Of a DNA stretch of 64,000 nt, positions 53,650 to 64,000 are shown one piece after another. Under the pieces are notes generated by a model. It saw only the letters and a list, made by a program, of their open reading frames with translations, made no database searches and had not been told where the DNA came from. Position numbers and translations under genes: made by a program. Position 1 is the first letter of the stretch, and each line of letters begins with the position of its first letter. Origin of the DNA: an uncultured Methanoregulaceae archaeon (GTDB lineage: Archaea > Halobacteriota > Methanomicrobia > Methanomicrobiales > Methanospirillaceae); contig CAVTTL010000001.1 of assembly GCA_963737635.1 (NCBI GenBank), positions 64,001 to 128,000 on the forward strand, in the 5' to 3' direction.

Positions 53650-53830
53650 GGACTCACCTCCTCTCCTTCTCTCGGTATTTTCCCTATACACAGCATCATG
53701 GTATAAGGTTTGTGGTAAAAGGAGGCCAATTCAGGTCAAAATCGCCAAAAAAAAGGTAAATTTCATAGAGGAGCGGCGCGATTGTCTGACAATTGGATGA
53801 CACCCGTCACACCCGGCTGGGAGCGGGGAC

Positions 53831-55000
53831 CTACTTCGCGGCACTCACAATCTTGATGATGTCTCCATCCTTAAGGATATGATTCTCCTTGATCCGCATC
53901 TTGGTCCGGGCGTCAATAGCATACAAAAATCCCTTCCCGATATCGGTATGCACCTGGAACGCGAGATCGTGCGGCGTAGAGCCCTTTTTCATCAGGAATG
54001 CGTCCGGCAGCACGTCTCCTTGTTTATTGCAGAACTTGTGCTCATCTTCCACGGGGTAGACCACAATCCGGTCAAGCAGTTCAAAGACCGCCCGGTTGAT
54101 CGCTTCCTGGACGCCGGTCCCGTTGTTCTTCTTCATAACTTCGGCAATTTTTACCAGACCTGCTTTCTGCGGTGCTGATAGTGTGACGCCTTCGGCGATC
54201 TTGAACTCCTTGTCACCCGGGAGATATTTTACCACCTTTGCTGTGGCGGCATTCCGCAGGGCAAGTTCTGAGGCAGCGCTGACAAACGAGACCTTTTGTG
54301 CGGCAAGTTTTTCACTCAAAGAATCAGGAGTTTCATCGATCTTGTTCCCAATAACCAGCATCGGCTTCGAAGTCCGGACCATCTCGGCGCAAAACGGCAC
54401 AAGACTTTCCATCGGTGCATGGACAAGGTCGAGTTTCAGCAGGAGTTCGGCGTCATGGACGTCCTCAGGAGTAATCCCGAGGCCTGTGAAAACCTCAGCA
54501 ATACCCTCGTGAATGGAGAAGGTCTTGACCGAAGCCTGCCGGGAGAGCCGTGCCCAGTGCTTCTCAAGGATCCCGTATACCCACATTGTCATCTCGTATT
54601 CAAGGAACTTCACGTCTTCTGCCGGGTCGTGGTTTCCTGCACCTACCGGGTTTCCTTCGCTGTCTGTGCCGCCGCTTGCATCAATAATGTGGAGGATCGC
54701 ATCTGCCTGACGGAGATGATCGAGGAACTGATTCCCAAGACCCTTGCCTTTGTGTGCATCGGGCACAAGTCCTGCAACATCGATGAGATTGACGGCGACA
54801 AACCGGACGCCGTCCACGCAGTGGCCGCATGTCAGGTCAAGGCCGCGACAGGGACAGGTCGTACGTACATATGCGACGCCGAAGTTGGGGTTTATAGTCG
54901 TAAATGGGTAGTTGGCAATCTCTGCGTTGGCCATGGTTGCCGCCTTGAAAAAGGTGGATTTTCCGCAGTTTGGTTTACCTGCAAGCGCGAGGGTGATCAT
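53831..55000 (-). CDS. ychF: Obg-family ATPase YchF (archaeal type)
   Basis: GKPNCGKST, NYPFTTI, DVAGL, TGS domain. Confidence 0.93.
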   Translation of the reverse strand: MITLALAGKPNCGKSTFFKAATMANAEIANYPFTTINPNFGVAYVRTTCPCRGLDLTCGHCVDGVRFVAVNLIDVAGLVPDAHKGKGLGNQFLDHLRQADAILHIIDASGGTDSEGNPVGAGNHDPAEDVKFLEYEMTMWVYGILEKHWARLSRQASVKTFSIHEGIAEVFTGLGITPEDVHDAELLLKLDLVHAPMESLVPFCAEMVRTSKPMLVIGNKIDETPDSLSEKLAAQKVSFVSAASELALRNAATAKVVKYLPGDKEFKIAEGVTLSAPQKAGLVKIAEVMKKNNGTGVQEAINRAVFELLDRIVVYPVEDEHKFCNKQGDVLPDAFLMKKGSTPHDLAFQVHTDIGKGFLYAIDARTKMRIKENHILKDGDIIKIVSAAK

Positions 55001-55122
55001 CGTATCTCCTAAAGGTCAGGATCTTTGTCACCCGCAGACAGCGGTGCCGGAGCTGCGGGAATAGAAATTTCTCTTTTTAGAATCTGACAAAGCTTTTCAT
55101 GGCTGCTTATTAAAAGGTACTT

Positions 55123-55713
55123 ATGTCGTTTACTGCAAAAACCTGCTATTATTTTGAGACGCCGGGCCCGGCAAACACTGGGGACGCGGCGCGCTTTGCC
55201 GTCGAACGGGCAAAAGAACTCGGTCTTCAAACCATCGTTGTCGCGAGCAGCTCCGGAAAGACCGCGCAGGTCTTCTTTGATACGATGAAAGGCACTAGTC
55301 TTTCCCTTGTGGTCGTGACCCACGTGATGGGCTTTGCACAACCCGGTGAATGGGAATTTTCTGAAACAATCGCACAGGAACTGCGCAACAAAGGAGTAAA
55401 AATCGTGACCGGGACCCATGTCCTCTCCGGCCTCGAACGTGCTCTTTCACGTTCACCCAAAGTTGGTGGTGCGTCCCGGACCGAGGCGATCGCTGAAGCA
55501 CTGCGCCGGATTGTCGCAGTCGGCCTCAAGGTTGCGGTAGAGTGCGTCCTGATTGCTGCCGACCAAGGAGCTATCGGCATCGACACCGAGCTCATAGCAG
55601 TCGGCGGTACAGCAAGTGGTGCAGATACAGTCTGCGTGATCCGACCGGCGTATACTGCAAGCTTCTTCGATCTCCAGGTAAGGGAAATCGTGGCCATGCC
55701 CCGGGTCCGGTGA
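55123..55713 (+). CDS. Pyruvate kinase C-terminal alpha/beta domain-like protein
   Basis: YFETPGPANT, VVASSSGKTA, HVLSGLER, GLKVAVE, GGTASGADT. Confidence 0.85.
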   Translation: MSFTAKTCYYFETPGPANTGDAARFAVERAKELGLQTIVVASSSGKTAQVFFDTMKGTSLSLVVVTHVMGFAQPGEWEFSETIAQELRNKGVKIVTGTHVLSGLERALSRSPKVGGASRTEAIAEALRRIVAVGLKVAVECVLIAADQGAIGIDTELIAVGGTASGADTVCVIRPAYTASFFDLQVREIVAMPRVR

Positions 55714-55715
55714 TC

Positions 55716-56561
55716 ATGGTTCTCAAGGAGCTGCGTGAAGCGATCCGCACGATTGGCCATGTTCCGGTCCTGTGGATACCTGGCGTAGTCGCGGGACTGC
55801 TTGGCGCGGTGCTGTGGATCCTTCTTAATATCTCCGGAGTGTTCTTTGCCAGCAGGCTCGTTATCATCGCCGGTCTCGTGATGATCCTTTTTGTGGCCGG
55901 CACCTTTAGCATTATAAAGAAAAACGGGAACGGATCCGGTGCGATGGTACATGACGGGATCCAGTACTATTTCCGGGTACTGCTTCCTTGGCTCGTGATA
56001 TCCTTTGTGCTCATGCTCGTCTTTATCACAATAACTCTCGTGACTGCCCTTTCCACCGGGAGTTCCGCAGATTATGAGGTCATGGGCATGCTAGCATTTC
56101 TGGTTATGATTCCAACGCTATTTTTGACCTTCTTCTGTGATACAGCTGCCGTTTTTGAAGATCTCCGGGTCTTTGATTCCCTCCGCCGCAGCATAGGAGT
56201 GGTTGCCAGCCACGCGGGCGAGGTGCTGAGCTTTTATATTATCTGCTGCGTGATCTCGTTTGTTGACTTTTTGGTGTTCGCTATTATCTGGGAGGGTATG
56301 CTCTTTGATAAACTCGAACCGATCTCGCAATATAACGAGACCCAGTTTGCTACCATTACGCCGCAGCAGCTGATCACCCTGATCGGTCCCGAGGGGATGT
56401 GGGTTACTGCTGCAGTCATATTTGTCGCGGTCCTCTTCCTTGTGCCTCTTCTCCTGGCGTACAAAGCGTGCTTCTACCGGGCCATAATCGGGAGTCCGTC
56501 GACAAACGTCCAGCAGATAACCGGCGAGTTTGACAGTAAAGGCCGCTGGTACAAGTACTAA
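55716..56561 (+). CDS. Multi-pass membrane protein, hypothetical
   Basis: About 6 TM segments; C-terminal GEFDSKGRWYKY. Confidence 0.8.
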   Translation: MVLKELREAIRTIGHVPVLWIPGVVAGLLGAVLWILLNISGVFFASRLVIIAGLVMILFVAGTFSIIKKNGNGSGAMVHDGIQYYFRVLLPWLVISFVLMLVFITITLVTALSTGSSADYEVMGMLAFLVMIPTLFLTFFCDTAAVFEDLRVFDSLRRSIGVVASHAGEVLSFYIICCVISFVDFLVFAIIWEGMLFDKLEPISQYNETQFATITPQQLITLIGPEGMWVTAAVIFVAVLFLVPLLLAYKACFYRAIIGSPSTNVQQITGEFDSKGRWYKY

Positions 56562-56720
56562 CATCACCTTGGTGTGAATAATCCTCTTTTTTTCCAGATA
56601 CGTAGCGAGTCAAATCTGCTGTTCGCCTCTAGGCAATTACCCAGCGGACACGAATACTCGCCGGAATAAAACATAATAGTTCAATTAAAAATAGGAAATA
56701 CCAACTGTTTCCCTTAGCAG

Positions 56721-57194
56721 TTAAACAAGGCTTAGTGCACGCTTATAGATATCAAGCATTTTTATCAGGTACTTCCGGTGCTCATCCAGTGCCTGTTCAT
56801 CATCAGGGGAAGCGATTACCGCTACCGCATAAAGCAGGAGCAGGGCGTTGTCGAGATCAAGTGTGAGCGGGTCTTCATTGAGCTCGGGAGCGAGGTTCAC
56901 GGAAAGATATGCATGATCGGCATCGGCAAACGCGGGTGCTGTTTCAGGCCTGACCTGAGCATTTGCATATGCACTTGCATATGCCTTGACGATCAAGAGA
57001 GCCGTTTTCAACGCAGCGCTGCCATCACCATTCTGTAACTGGGAAATGGCAGTTGTACATTCCCGGAGAGTTTTTGGGTACAGTTCGAACTTGAACGAGA
57101 AAAATGCGGATGCAATGATATGGCCGGTTTCTTCTGGTAGTCGGCCAAAGACCGGACGCATCCGATCAATGTAATCTTTGAGGAATTTTTCCAT
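56721..57194 (-). CDS. Hypothetical helical protein
   Basis: 157-aa ORF with an AGGAG RBS. Confidence 0.7.
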   Translation of the reverse strand: MEKFLKDYIDRMRPVFGRLPEETGHIIASAFFSFKFELYPKTLRECTTAISQLQNGDGSAALKTALLIVKAYASAYANAQVRPETAPAFADADHAYLSVNLAPELNEDPLTLDLDNALLLLYAVAVIASPDDEQALDEHRKYLIKMLDIYKRALSLV

Positions 57195-57373
57195 GGGTAT
57201 CTCCTTGTGTCTGGTATGCGCGGGAAGTGCGCACCGGTTACCTTAAGAGCTAATGAATAATACATGGGTGGAAATCGGACATGAACATATCTTTCGTGGT
57301 TTTTACCATTGATTGAACCTGAGGTATCACGGGTTTATAAGAGAATAAACATCCAATATCGATCCACTGATCT

Positions 57374-58136
57374 ATGGGCACGGTTGTCTTTTCCGATGTA
57401 CATGCCGATGCAGACGCCCTCGGCCTTGTTGCAGCGTATATCCGTGACTCGTCATTTTCAGAGCGTTTTGGCCCGGTAGATACTCTGGTCAATCTCGGAG
57501 ATCTCCTCCACAGGGGCAACTGCCCACAGGCCACACTTGAACTTATTCATGATCTTTCCCAAGCGTACCATCTGGTTTCCGTTATCGGTAATCATGACCA
57601 CGCCTTTCTCAACGGCGTGCCAGTCTCGGGAAGCGACGAACTAAGCACCATCCGGCACGAACAGACTGCGTGGCTCACCGCTTCTCGACATTTTTTCCTC
57701 CATGCCCATGGAATGGGTAAATTACAGAATGCTTTTTGTCCACGGGGGACCGCTCGAGCTTGGGACCCAGACGCTCCGGCTCAAGTGCTGGCAGCGTCTC
57801 TCACATACGGCAGGCGATTCCTTCACCGGCTACCACTACACAGCTCCGATGGCATTTGACGCGCTCGAACAGCGCGGCCTTTCGTTCCTGGTCTGCGGGC
57901 ACCAGCATACCCATGTCTGCTGCCGCAAAACCATGGACGGGATCAAGGAGCATGTGATCCGGTATACGCACGAGAAGAATACTGGAGTCTCTGGCTGTCA
58001 CGGAGAAGTGGCACACGTACTTCTCGACGTGCCTGCACTCTTCAGGATTGGGGGATGTCATGGGGACAGGCCGGAATTTGCCTATATTGACGATACGGCC
58101 TTTTCTTATATCCGCCTTAGCCGATCGATCCTGTAA
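57374..58136 (+). CDS. Calcineurin-like metallophosphoesterase (1-nt insertion near 57665)
   Basis: SDVHA, LGDLLHRG, GNHD, VHGG and GHQH motifs across two ORFs. Confidence 0.85.
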
Positions 58137-58207
58137 GGTGCCTCACCTAAGCTTCACGGGAATCATCTTGGTCGTGTGCAACGCAGTGCCAACTGTTCTA
58201 TTTATTG

Positions 58208-58233
58208 AGATTTTCGAGCATGCTTAAAAATCT
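58208..58233. promoter_or_regulatory. 26-bp imperfect palindrome upstream of an antitoxin-like gene
   Basis: AGATTTT-CG-AGCATGCT-TA-AAAATCT, followed by TTTATATA at ~58255. Confidence 0.5.
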
Positions 58234-58284
58234 AGCGAGGATTTCTAGAATAGATTTATATATAGTTACCACAGAGTGGTAATC

Positions 58285-58482
58285 ATGCCTCGTGCAGGCG
58301 AGGGACGATCGATCCGGATTGATCCCGAGGTGTATGAGGCTTTGCTGGCGCTTAAGCGTGGCAATATGACCTTCAGCGATGTAATTGCACAGATGCTCCA
58401 TGAATGCTATGGCCGGGCGGATGCCTTCCCGCCTAACCAGAGCGAGCTGGGGGATTTTGCCGGAACGGAGACACTGAAATGA
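58285..58482 (+). CDS. Small RHH / VapB(DUF217)-like antitoxin-type DNA-binding protein
   Basis: RSIRIDPEVYEALLALKRGNMTFSDVIAQML matches the (K/R)TIxIxxEVYxxLxxxK...SFSDVI pattern. Confidence 0.7.
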   Translation: MPRAGEGRSIRIDPEVYEALLALKRGNMTFSDVIAQMLHECYGRADAFPPNQSELGDFAGTETLK

Positions 58483-58670
58483 GGGAGACTATCAGGATTT
58501 CCCCAGACGAACAGTTATCGCCGTTCCGGCGTCCTCCGTGTGGCAGGCTCGGCTGACGCATCAGCAACGACATTACCCGGGACAGGCTTGATTCAATTAT
58601 CGAGAATACAGAAGACCCGTTCACATAAAAAAGGAAAAATTTCACCATCAAAAAGAATCGCGCCGGTGCA

Positions 58671-59960
58671 TTACCCTCTCACCGGTTCGTCAGACTGAAG
58701 TTGCACCGTCTCCCCACTCATCACTCCCAATTTTTTTGTAAGTTCCTCCCGGAGGAGCGGAATGGCATCCTCGAGTTCTTTTCTTGCCTTAAGCAGGTCA
58801 CGGTGCTCCTGTTCTTCGTGGGCCTGCATACTTTCCAGCTGCTCTTTCTCGCGTTCAAGGGACCGCAGCCGCACCGGGACCGGGTGGGAATGGAGTGTTT
58901 CCTCTTCCGTGCGGCAGCGCTCCCCGATCTCCCGGTACTTCGTACACAACCCGCTTACTTCCCCGGAGAACTGAACCGTATCAGAAAAGATCACACGCTC
59001 TTCCCTGTTTTTCAGGATAATATCGTTTTCTTCGATCATCTGCTGCACAATCGGGCATGCAGCATCCAAGGCCCGGCTAACCGTATCCGCAGTGGTAACC
59101 TCATGGTGGGAGAGGATCTCCATGGCATCCTTAAGGATGTGAACCTCTTTTGAAAGATGCTTGCGAATGGCGATCTTTTCGGCTTTCCTGAAGACATGTG
59201 ACGCCGTCATGGTTAGTGAGGCATAGTGCCGGAAGAGATCATCGCGTTCATTAGCGAGCTCAGCGCACCGCGTCCGCCCTGTATCGAGCGCTAGGAACGA
59301 TTCATCGGCGGCGAGTCGTGCAGTCTCGGCTTCGATGGCATTACGACGCGCCGTATTCTCAGCAACGCGCTCCCGGATCCTTTCCTCCCGTGCAAACGAG
59401 CGTTCCCGGTCTTTCCCTGCATCACTTAAAGCGGCGTAGGCACCGCGCGCTGCTGTAATCCGGGAGAACTCTTCCTTGAACCGGCCGATGGCTCGGGTCA
59501 TCACATTGATTTCCCGGCCAATCGCGTCGATCCCCGCCTTGATGTCTTTCATTTCGTCCGGGAAGGCAACCATTAAGTACCGGCCCTGACCGCGGACTGC
59601 ATTCAGGCAGCCTTTCACGCTTTCGACAGCCTCCCCGTAGAATCCCTCAGGGTCCTCCGGCAGCTCTTTTGCGAGTGAGGTGTTCATTGCCCGGAGAAAA
59701 AGAGGCAGGGAGTTTTTTGCGATACTCCTGATCTTCGGATGCGTCTCGGGGCTCTGGTCGGCGCTTTTGAGGTTATTGACCGTTAGCTGGAGATGTGCCT
59801 GGGCATTCCGGATTGTGCGGATAGGCTCCTCCACTTCCGCTTGGAGTGTTGTTCGCGCGGTCTTTTCCTGTTCAGCGAGCCACGGAAGAACTTCGCTTTC
59901 AGAGAGCGTGACCTGGTTGTCAACCGAAGAGCCAAGAAGCGATTTCAAAAATTTCAGCAT
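58671..59960 (-). CDS. Coiled-coil hypothetical protein
   Basis: 429 aa of Glu/Arg/Ala-rich heptads; no ATPase motifs. Confidence 0.75.
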   Translation of the reverse strand: MLKFLKSLLGSSVDNQVTLSESEVLPWLAEQEKTARTTLQAEVEEPIRTIRNAQAHLQLTVNNLKSADQSPETHPKIRSIAKNSLPLFLRAMNTSLAKELPEDPEGFYGEAVESVKGCLNAVRGQGRYLMVAFPDEMKDIKAGIDAIGREINVMTRAIGRFKEEFSRITAARGAYAALSDAGKDRERSFAREERIRERVAENTARRNAIEAETARLAADESFLALDTGRTRCAELANERDDLFRHYASLTMTASHVFRKAEKIAIRKHLSKEVHILKDAMEILSHHEVTTADTVSRALDAACPIVQQMIEENDIILKNREERVIFSDTVQFSGEVSGLCTKYREIGERCRTEEETLHSHPVPVRLRSLEREKEQLESMQAHEEQEHRDLLKARKELEDAIPLLREELTKKLGVMSGETVQLQSDEPVRG

Positions 59961-60034
59961 AGGTTACTCCGGGATATTCCCGTTATGGACACTTTGTTGG
60001 TACTATGAGCGCGCACCAGAGAAATGGTTCGTGG

Positions 60035-61317
<1,283 letters not shown>

Positions 61318-61367
61318 AATGGGATAATACAGATATGGGGAGGCGTATTATAAGTTAGTTCACTGTC

Positions 61368-61691
61368 ATGTCGTACCTGCTCTATATCGCATATTTCGGG
61401 ACTGCTGCAGTGATCTTTCTTTGGCTGCGCGACGCGCGGATCTTTTTTTTGACCGGCCTTCCCGGCTATAGAAAAGCGGCTTATTACGGTGTCCTGTATG
61501 GTGCTCTTGGTACCTTTGGCCTGCTCTGCGCAATCGCCGGGGACACCTTCGAGCTGTTGGGATTGGGCATCATCCTTGCCGCTCTGTATCTCCAGGAGCG
61601 GATCGTGCGCGAAAAGATCTTTACCGGGACTGAGAGCATCCTTGAGCGGGCGCTGGGGAGTGTCGGGCGTCGCATCGCGGCCAAAAAATAA
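61368..61691 (+). CDS. Small membrane protein
   Basis: Three TM segments; RDARIF..TGLPGYRKAAY. Confidence 0.75.
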   Translation: MSYLLYIAYFGTAAVIFLWLRDARIFFLTGLPGYRKAAYYGVLYGALGTFGLLCAIAGDTFELLGLGIILAALYLQERIVREKIFTGTESILERALGSVGRRIAAKK

Positions 61692-61732
61692 TGGTGCGGC
61701 CACAATATACAAGATAAGGGATTTTACCAGGC

Positions 61733-62965
61733 ATGATCCAGAAACCACGAGGCACACGGGATTTCCTTCCCGATGAGATGGAAGCGCGGCGCAGCATCGA
61801 GGCAACGATGCGTGAGGCAGCACGCCGCTTCGGGTACCGGGAAGTCTGCACCCCCGAATTTGAAGATCTCGAACTCTTCACGATCCGGTCTGGTGAAGGG
61901 ATTATGCAGGAGATGTACGTCTTTGAGGATAAAGGAGGACGAAGTCTTGCCCTGCGCCCGGAGATTACGGCAGCCGTGATCCGGATGTACGTAAACGAGG
62001 CGAAGGTCGCGCCAAAACCCCTGCGCTGGTGTTATTTTGCCGATTGCTTCCGGTACGAGCGGCCCCAGAAAGGACGGTACCGCCAGTTCTGGCAGTTCGG
62101 CGCTGAACTCATCGGAGCCGATACTGCACTCGCCGATGCGGAAGTAATTATGCTTGCCGCAGAAGCGCTTAACGCAACCGGTGTGACATGGGATCTCAAG
62201 GTAGGCCACCTCGCGTTTATGAAGAACCTCTTAAAGGACCTTGAACCTACGGCGCAACGCCGGGTGATGGGGCATCTCGACAAGAAAGATTTCGAGGGTC
62301 TTGCTGTCACTCTTGCCGAGTTGGGAAAGGCGGATCTTGGCGGGTCGCTTTCCGCGCTCATCGAGTGTCGCACGCTTCCCGAAGCCTTTGAGATCGCCGG
62401 AGCGATCCCGGAGAAAGAGCGTGTAGAAAAGATGAAGGACATCCTTGATGAATCCGGGATCGCGTATGCGCTCAACTTCGGGATCGCCCGGGGTCTTGAC
62501 TATTATACCGGTATGGTTTTCGAAGGATTCGCCCAGAATCTCGGAGCTGAAAATCAAATCCTAGGTGGCGGAGCGTACCGGCTCGCGCACTTGTTCGGCG
62601 GCGATGATGTCGCGTCAGCGGGTTTTGCAATCGGCTTTGACCGTGTGATGGTCTCGCTTGGCGAGGTTGTGCCGGCAAAAGAGACAGTGGTCAGCATTGT
62701 CTGCACTGATGAGGGCCGCAGCTTTGCTCTCTCGGTAGCCCGGGCATTCCGGGCTGACGGGATACGCACAGAGATGGATCTCATGGGCCGAGGCCTCGGC
62801 GCACAACTCGCACATGCCTCAAAGTCCGCGGACTTTGCAGTTGTGATTGGGAAGAGAGAGGCCGAGGCCGGCCAGGTGACCCTCAAAAACCTCCACTCGG
62901 GGGAGCAGAAGACACTTGACCCGGCCGTTGCGATAGCCGAGGTGAAGGCGCATGGTGCTCGCTGA
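61733..62965 (+). CDS. hisS: Histidine--tRNA ligase
   Basis: PRGTRDF, LRPE, FRYERPQKGRYRQFWQ, ARGLDYYTG, GGGAY, GFAIGFDR. Confidence 0.97.
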   Translation: MIQKPRGTRDFLPDEMEARRSIEATMREAARRFGYREVCTPEFEDLELFTIRSGEGIMQEMYVFEDKGGRSLALRPEITAAVIRMYVNEAKVAPKPLRWCYFADCFRYERPQKGRYRQFWQFGAELIGADTALADAEVIMLAAEALNATGVTWDLKVGHLAFMKNLLKDLEPTAQRRVMGHLDKKDFEGLAVTLAELGKADLGGSLSALIECRTLPEAFEIAGAIPEKERVEKMKDILDESGIAYALNFGIARGLDYYTGMVFEGFAQNLGAENQILGGGAYRLAHLFGGDDVASAGFAIGFDRVMVSLGEVVPAKETVVSIVCTDEGRSFALSVARAFRADGIRTEMDLMGRGLGAQLAHASKSADFAVVIGKREAEAGQVTLKNLHSGEQKTLDPAVAIAEVKAHGAR

Positions 62966-64000
62966 GGAACTTGCAAAGCAGCAGCGCAGCATCAGTGTCG
63001 CAGAATTTTTCGAGAAGAACAAACACCTGCTGGGTTTCGACTCCCCAACCCGGGGCGTCATTACCACGATCAAGGAGGCAGTCGACAACGCGCTCGATGC
63101 CTGCGAAGAGGCACAGGTGCTTCCTGATATCTATATCAGCATCAAAAAGACCGGGCCCGAGATCTTCCGGATCATTGTCGAGGACAATGGCCCCGGTATT
63201 GTCCCCGGGCAGGTTCCTTTTGTTTTTGGGAAACTCCTGTACGGTTCACGGTTCCACCAAATCCGGCAGACCCGGGGCCAGCAGGGCATCGGGATTTCAG
63301 CGGCCGTGCTGTATGCGCAGCTGACCAGCGGCCTTCCCACAGTCGTCATCTCGCGAACCGGGCCAAAAGAGCCAGCGCACCGGTTCGAAATCCAAATAAA
63401 GATTGAAACCAACGAGCCGGACGTCATAGCAGAGCAACCATTCGAATGGGACCGGATCCACGGGACCCGGGTCCAGATCGAGTTCAAAAGTACAATGTCG
63501 GCAAAAAAGAAGCTGCTCGAATACCTTAAGTACACATCGGTGGTCAATCCCCATGCCCGGTTCCGGGTGGAGCTGGACGACGAATCGTTCACATTCGAGC
63601 GCGTGAGCCAGGAAGTGATTGCCTGCCCGGTCGCGATCCAGCCTCACCCACACGGGATTGAATTTGGCCAGCTCAAAAGGCTGGCTTCTGCCAGCGATGA
63701 AAAACTCATCGATTTTCTCGTGAACGGCTTCTCACGGGTAGGAAAGAAGACTGCACAGGAGATGTGCGACCGGGCCGGCCTCAAAGCAACCGTAAAAGTC
63801 AACGGGTTCTCCGCTGATGAACTTAAAAACCTGCTCGCCGCGATGCAGGCAGTTGCCGTGCCTGCCCCCCCCACAACCCAGTGCCTCTCGCCGATCGGTG
63901 AAGAGCTGATCCGGCGCGGGCTCGACAAAGAGTTCCAGATGGACTTTGTTACTGCCCGCACCCGGCCCAGTTCAGTCTACTCCGGCCACCCATTCGTAGT
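62952..64000 (+). CDS. top6B: DNA topoisomerase VI subunit B (3' end off window)
   Basis: My translation from ATG 62952: MVLAEELAKQQRSISVAEFFEKNKHLLGF..KEAVDNALDACEE..EDNGPGI..LLYGSRFH..RGQQGIGISAA. Confidence 0.95.
   Translation, partial: MVLAEELAKQQRSISVAEFFEKNKHLLGFDSPTRGVITTIKEAVDNALDACEEAQVLPDIYISIKKTGPEIFRIIVEDNGPGIVPGQVPFVFGKLLYGSRFHQIRQTRGQQGIGISAAVLYAQLTSGLPTVVISRTGPKEPAHRFEIQIKIETNEPDVIAEQPFEWDRIHGTRVQIEFKSTMSAKKKLLEYLKYTSVVNPHARFRVELDDESFTFERVSQEVIACPVAIQPHPHGIEFGQLKRLASASDEKLIDFLVNGFSRVGKKTAQEMCDRAGLKATVKVNGFSADELKNLLAAMQAVAVPAPPTTQCLSPIGEELIRRGLDKEFQMDFVTARTRPSSVYSGHPFV

Noticed and set aside
58671-59960. Coiled-coil protein as an SMC/SbcC or Wadjet-type defence ATPase
   Set aside because: No Walker A/B or signature motifs and no partner genes.

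Overview
Archaeal chromosomal segment from a hydrogenotrophic methanogen of the Methanomicrobiales, most like Methanoregula. This is inferred from mfnB, an F420-linked glutamate synthase operon, archaeal CCA enzyme, top6B, NrpR-type operators and wHTH-PAS regulators. 1-23 kb is accessory: secreted PKD/protease proteins, a polyphosphate/phospho-His cluster (ppk2, sixA, C-terminally truncated PPDK, large DUF47/PhoU-like protein) and hypothetical genes. 23-31 kb is a nitrogen-assimilation locus (glnK, two amt, gltB1/B2/B3, FrhB-like subunit). The rest is mostly core: cca, thpR, nrdH-nrdD, moxR/DUF58/VWA, ArsR-hsp20, guaB, mfnB, tmk, valS, ychF, nadM, larB, hisS, top6B. About 14 small indels split genes, including essential valS, so they are probably long-read errors; they cluster at AGCT, CCGG and GTAC. 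Best leads: (1) a possible Pi-sensing phospho-His module built on a PPDK lacking its pyruvate domain; (2) a class III RNR with no glycyl-radical C-terminus; (3) riboswitch/attenuator-like structured leaders and small ORFs upstream of both amt genes; (4) a G1 glutamic peptidase and a clan-CD-like protease with a paralogous lipoprotein partner. I recognised no rRNA, tRNA, CRISPR array or IS element. All family calls are from motif recognition, not database searches.
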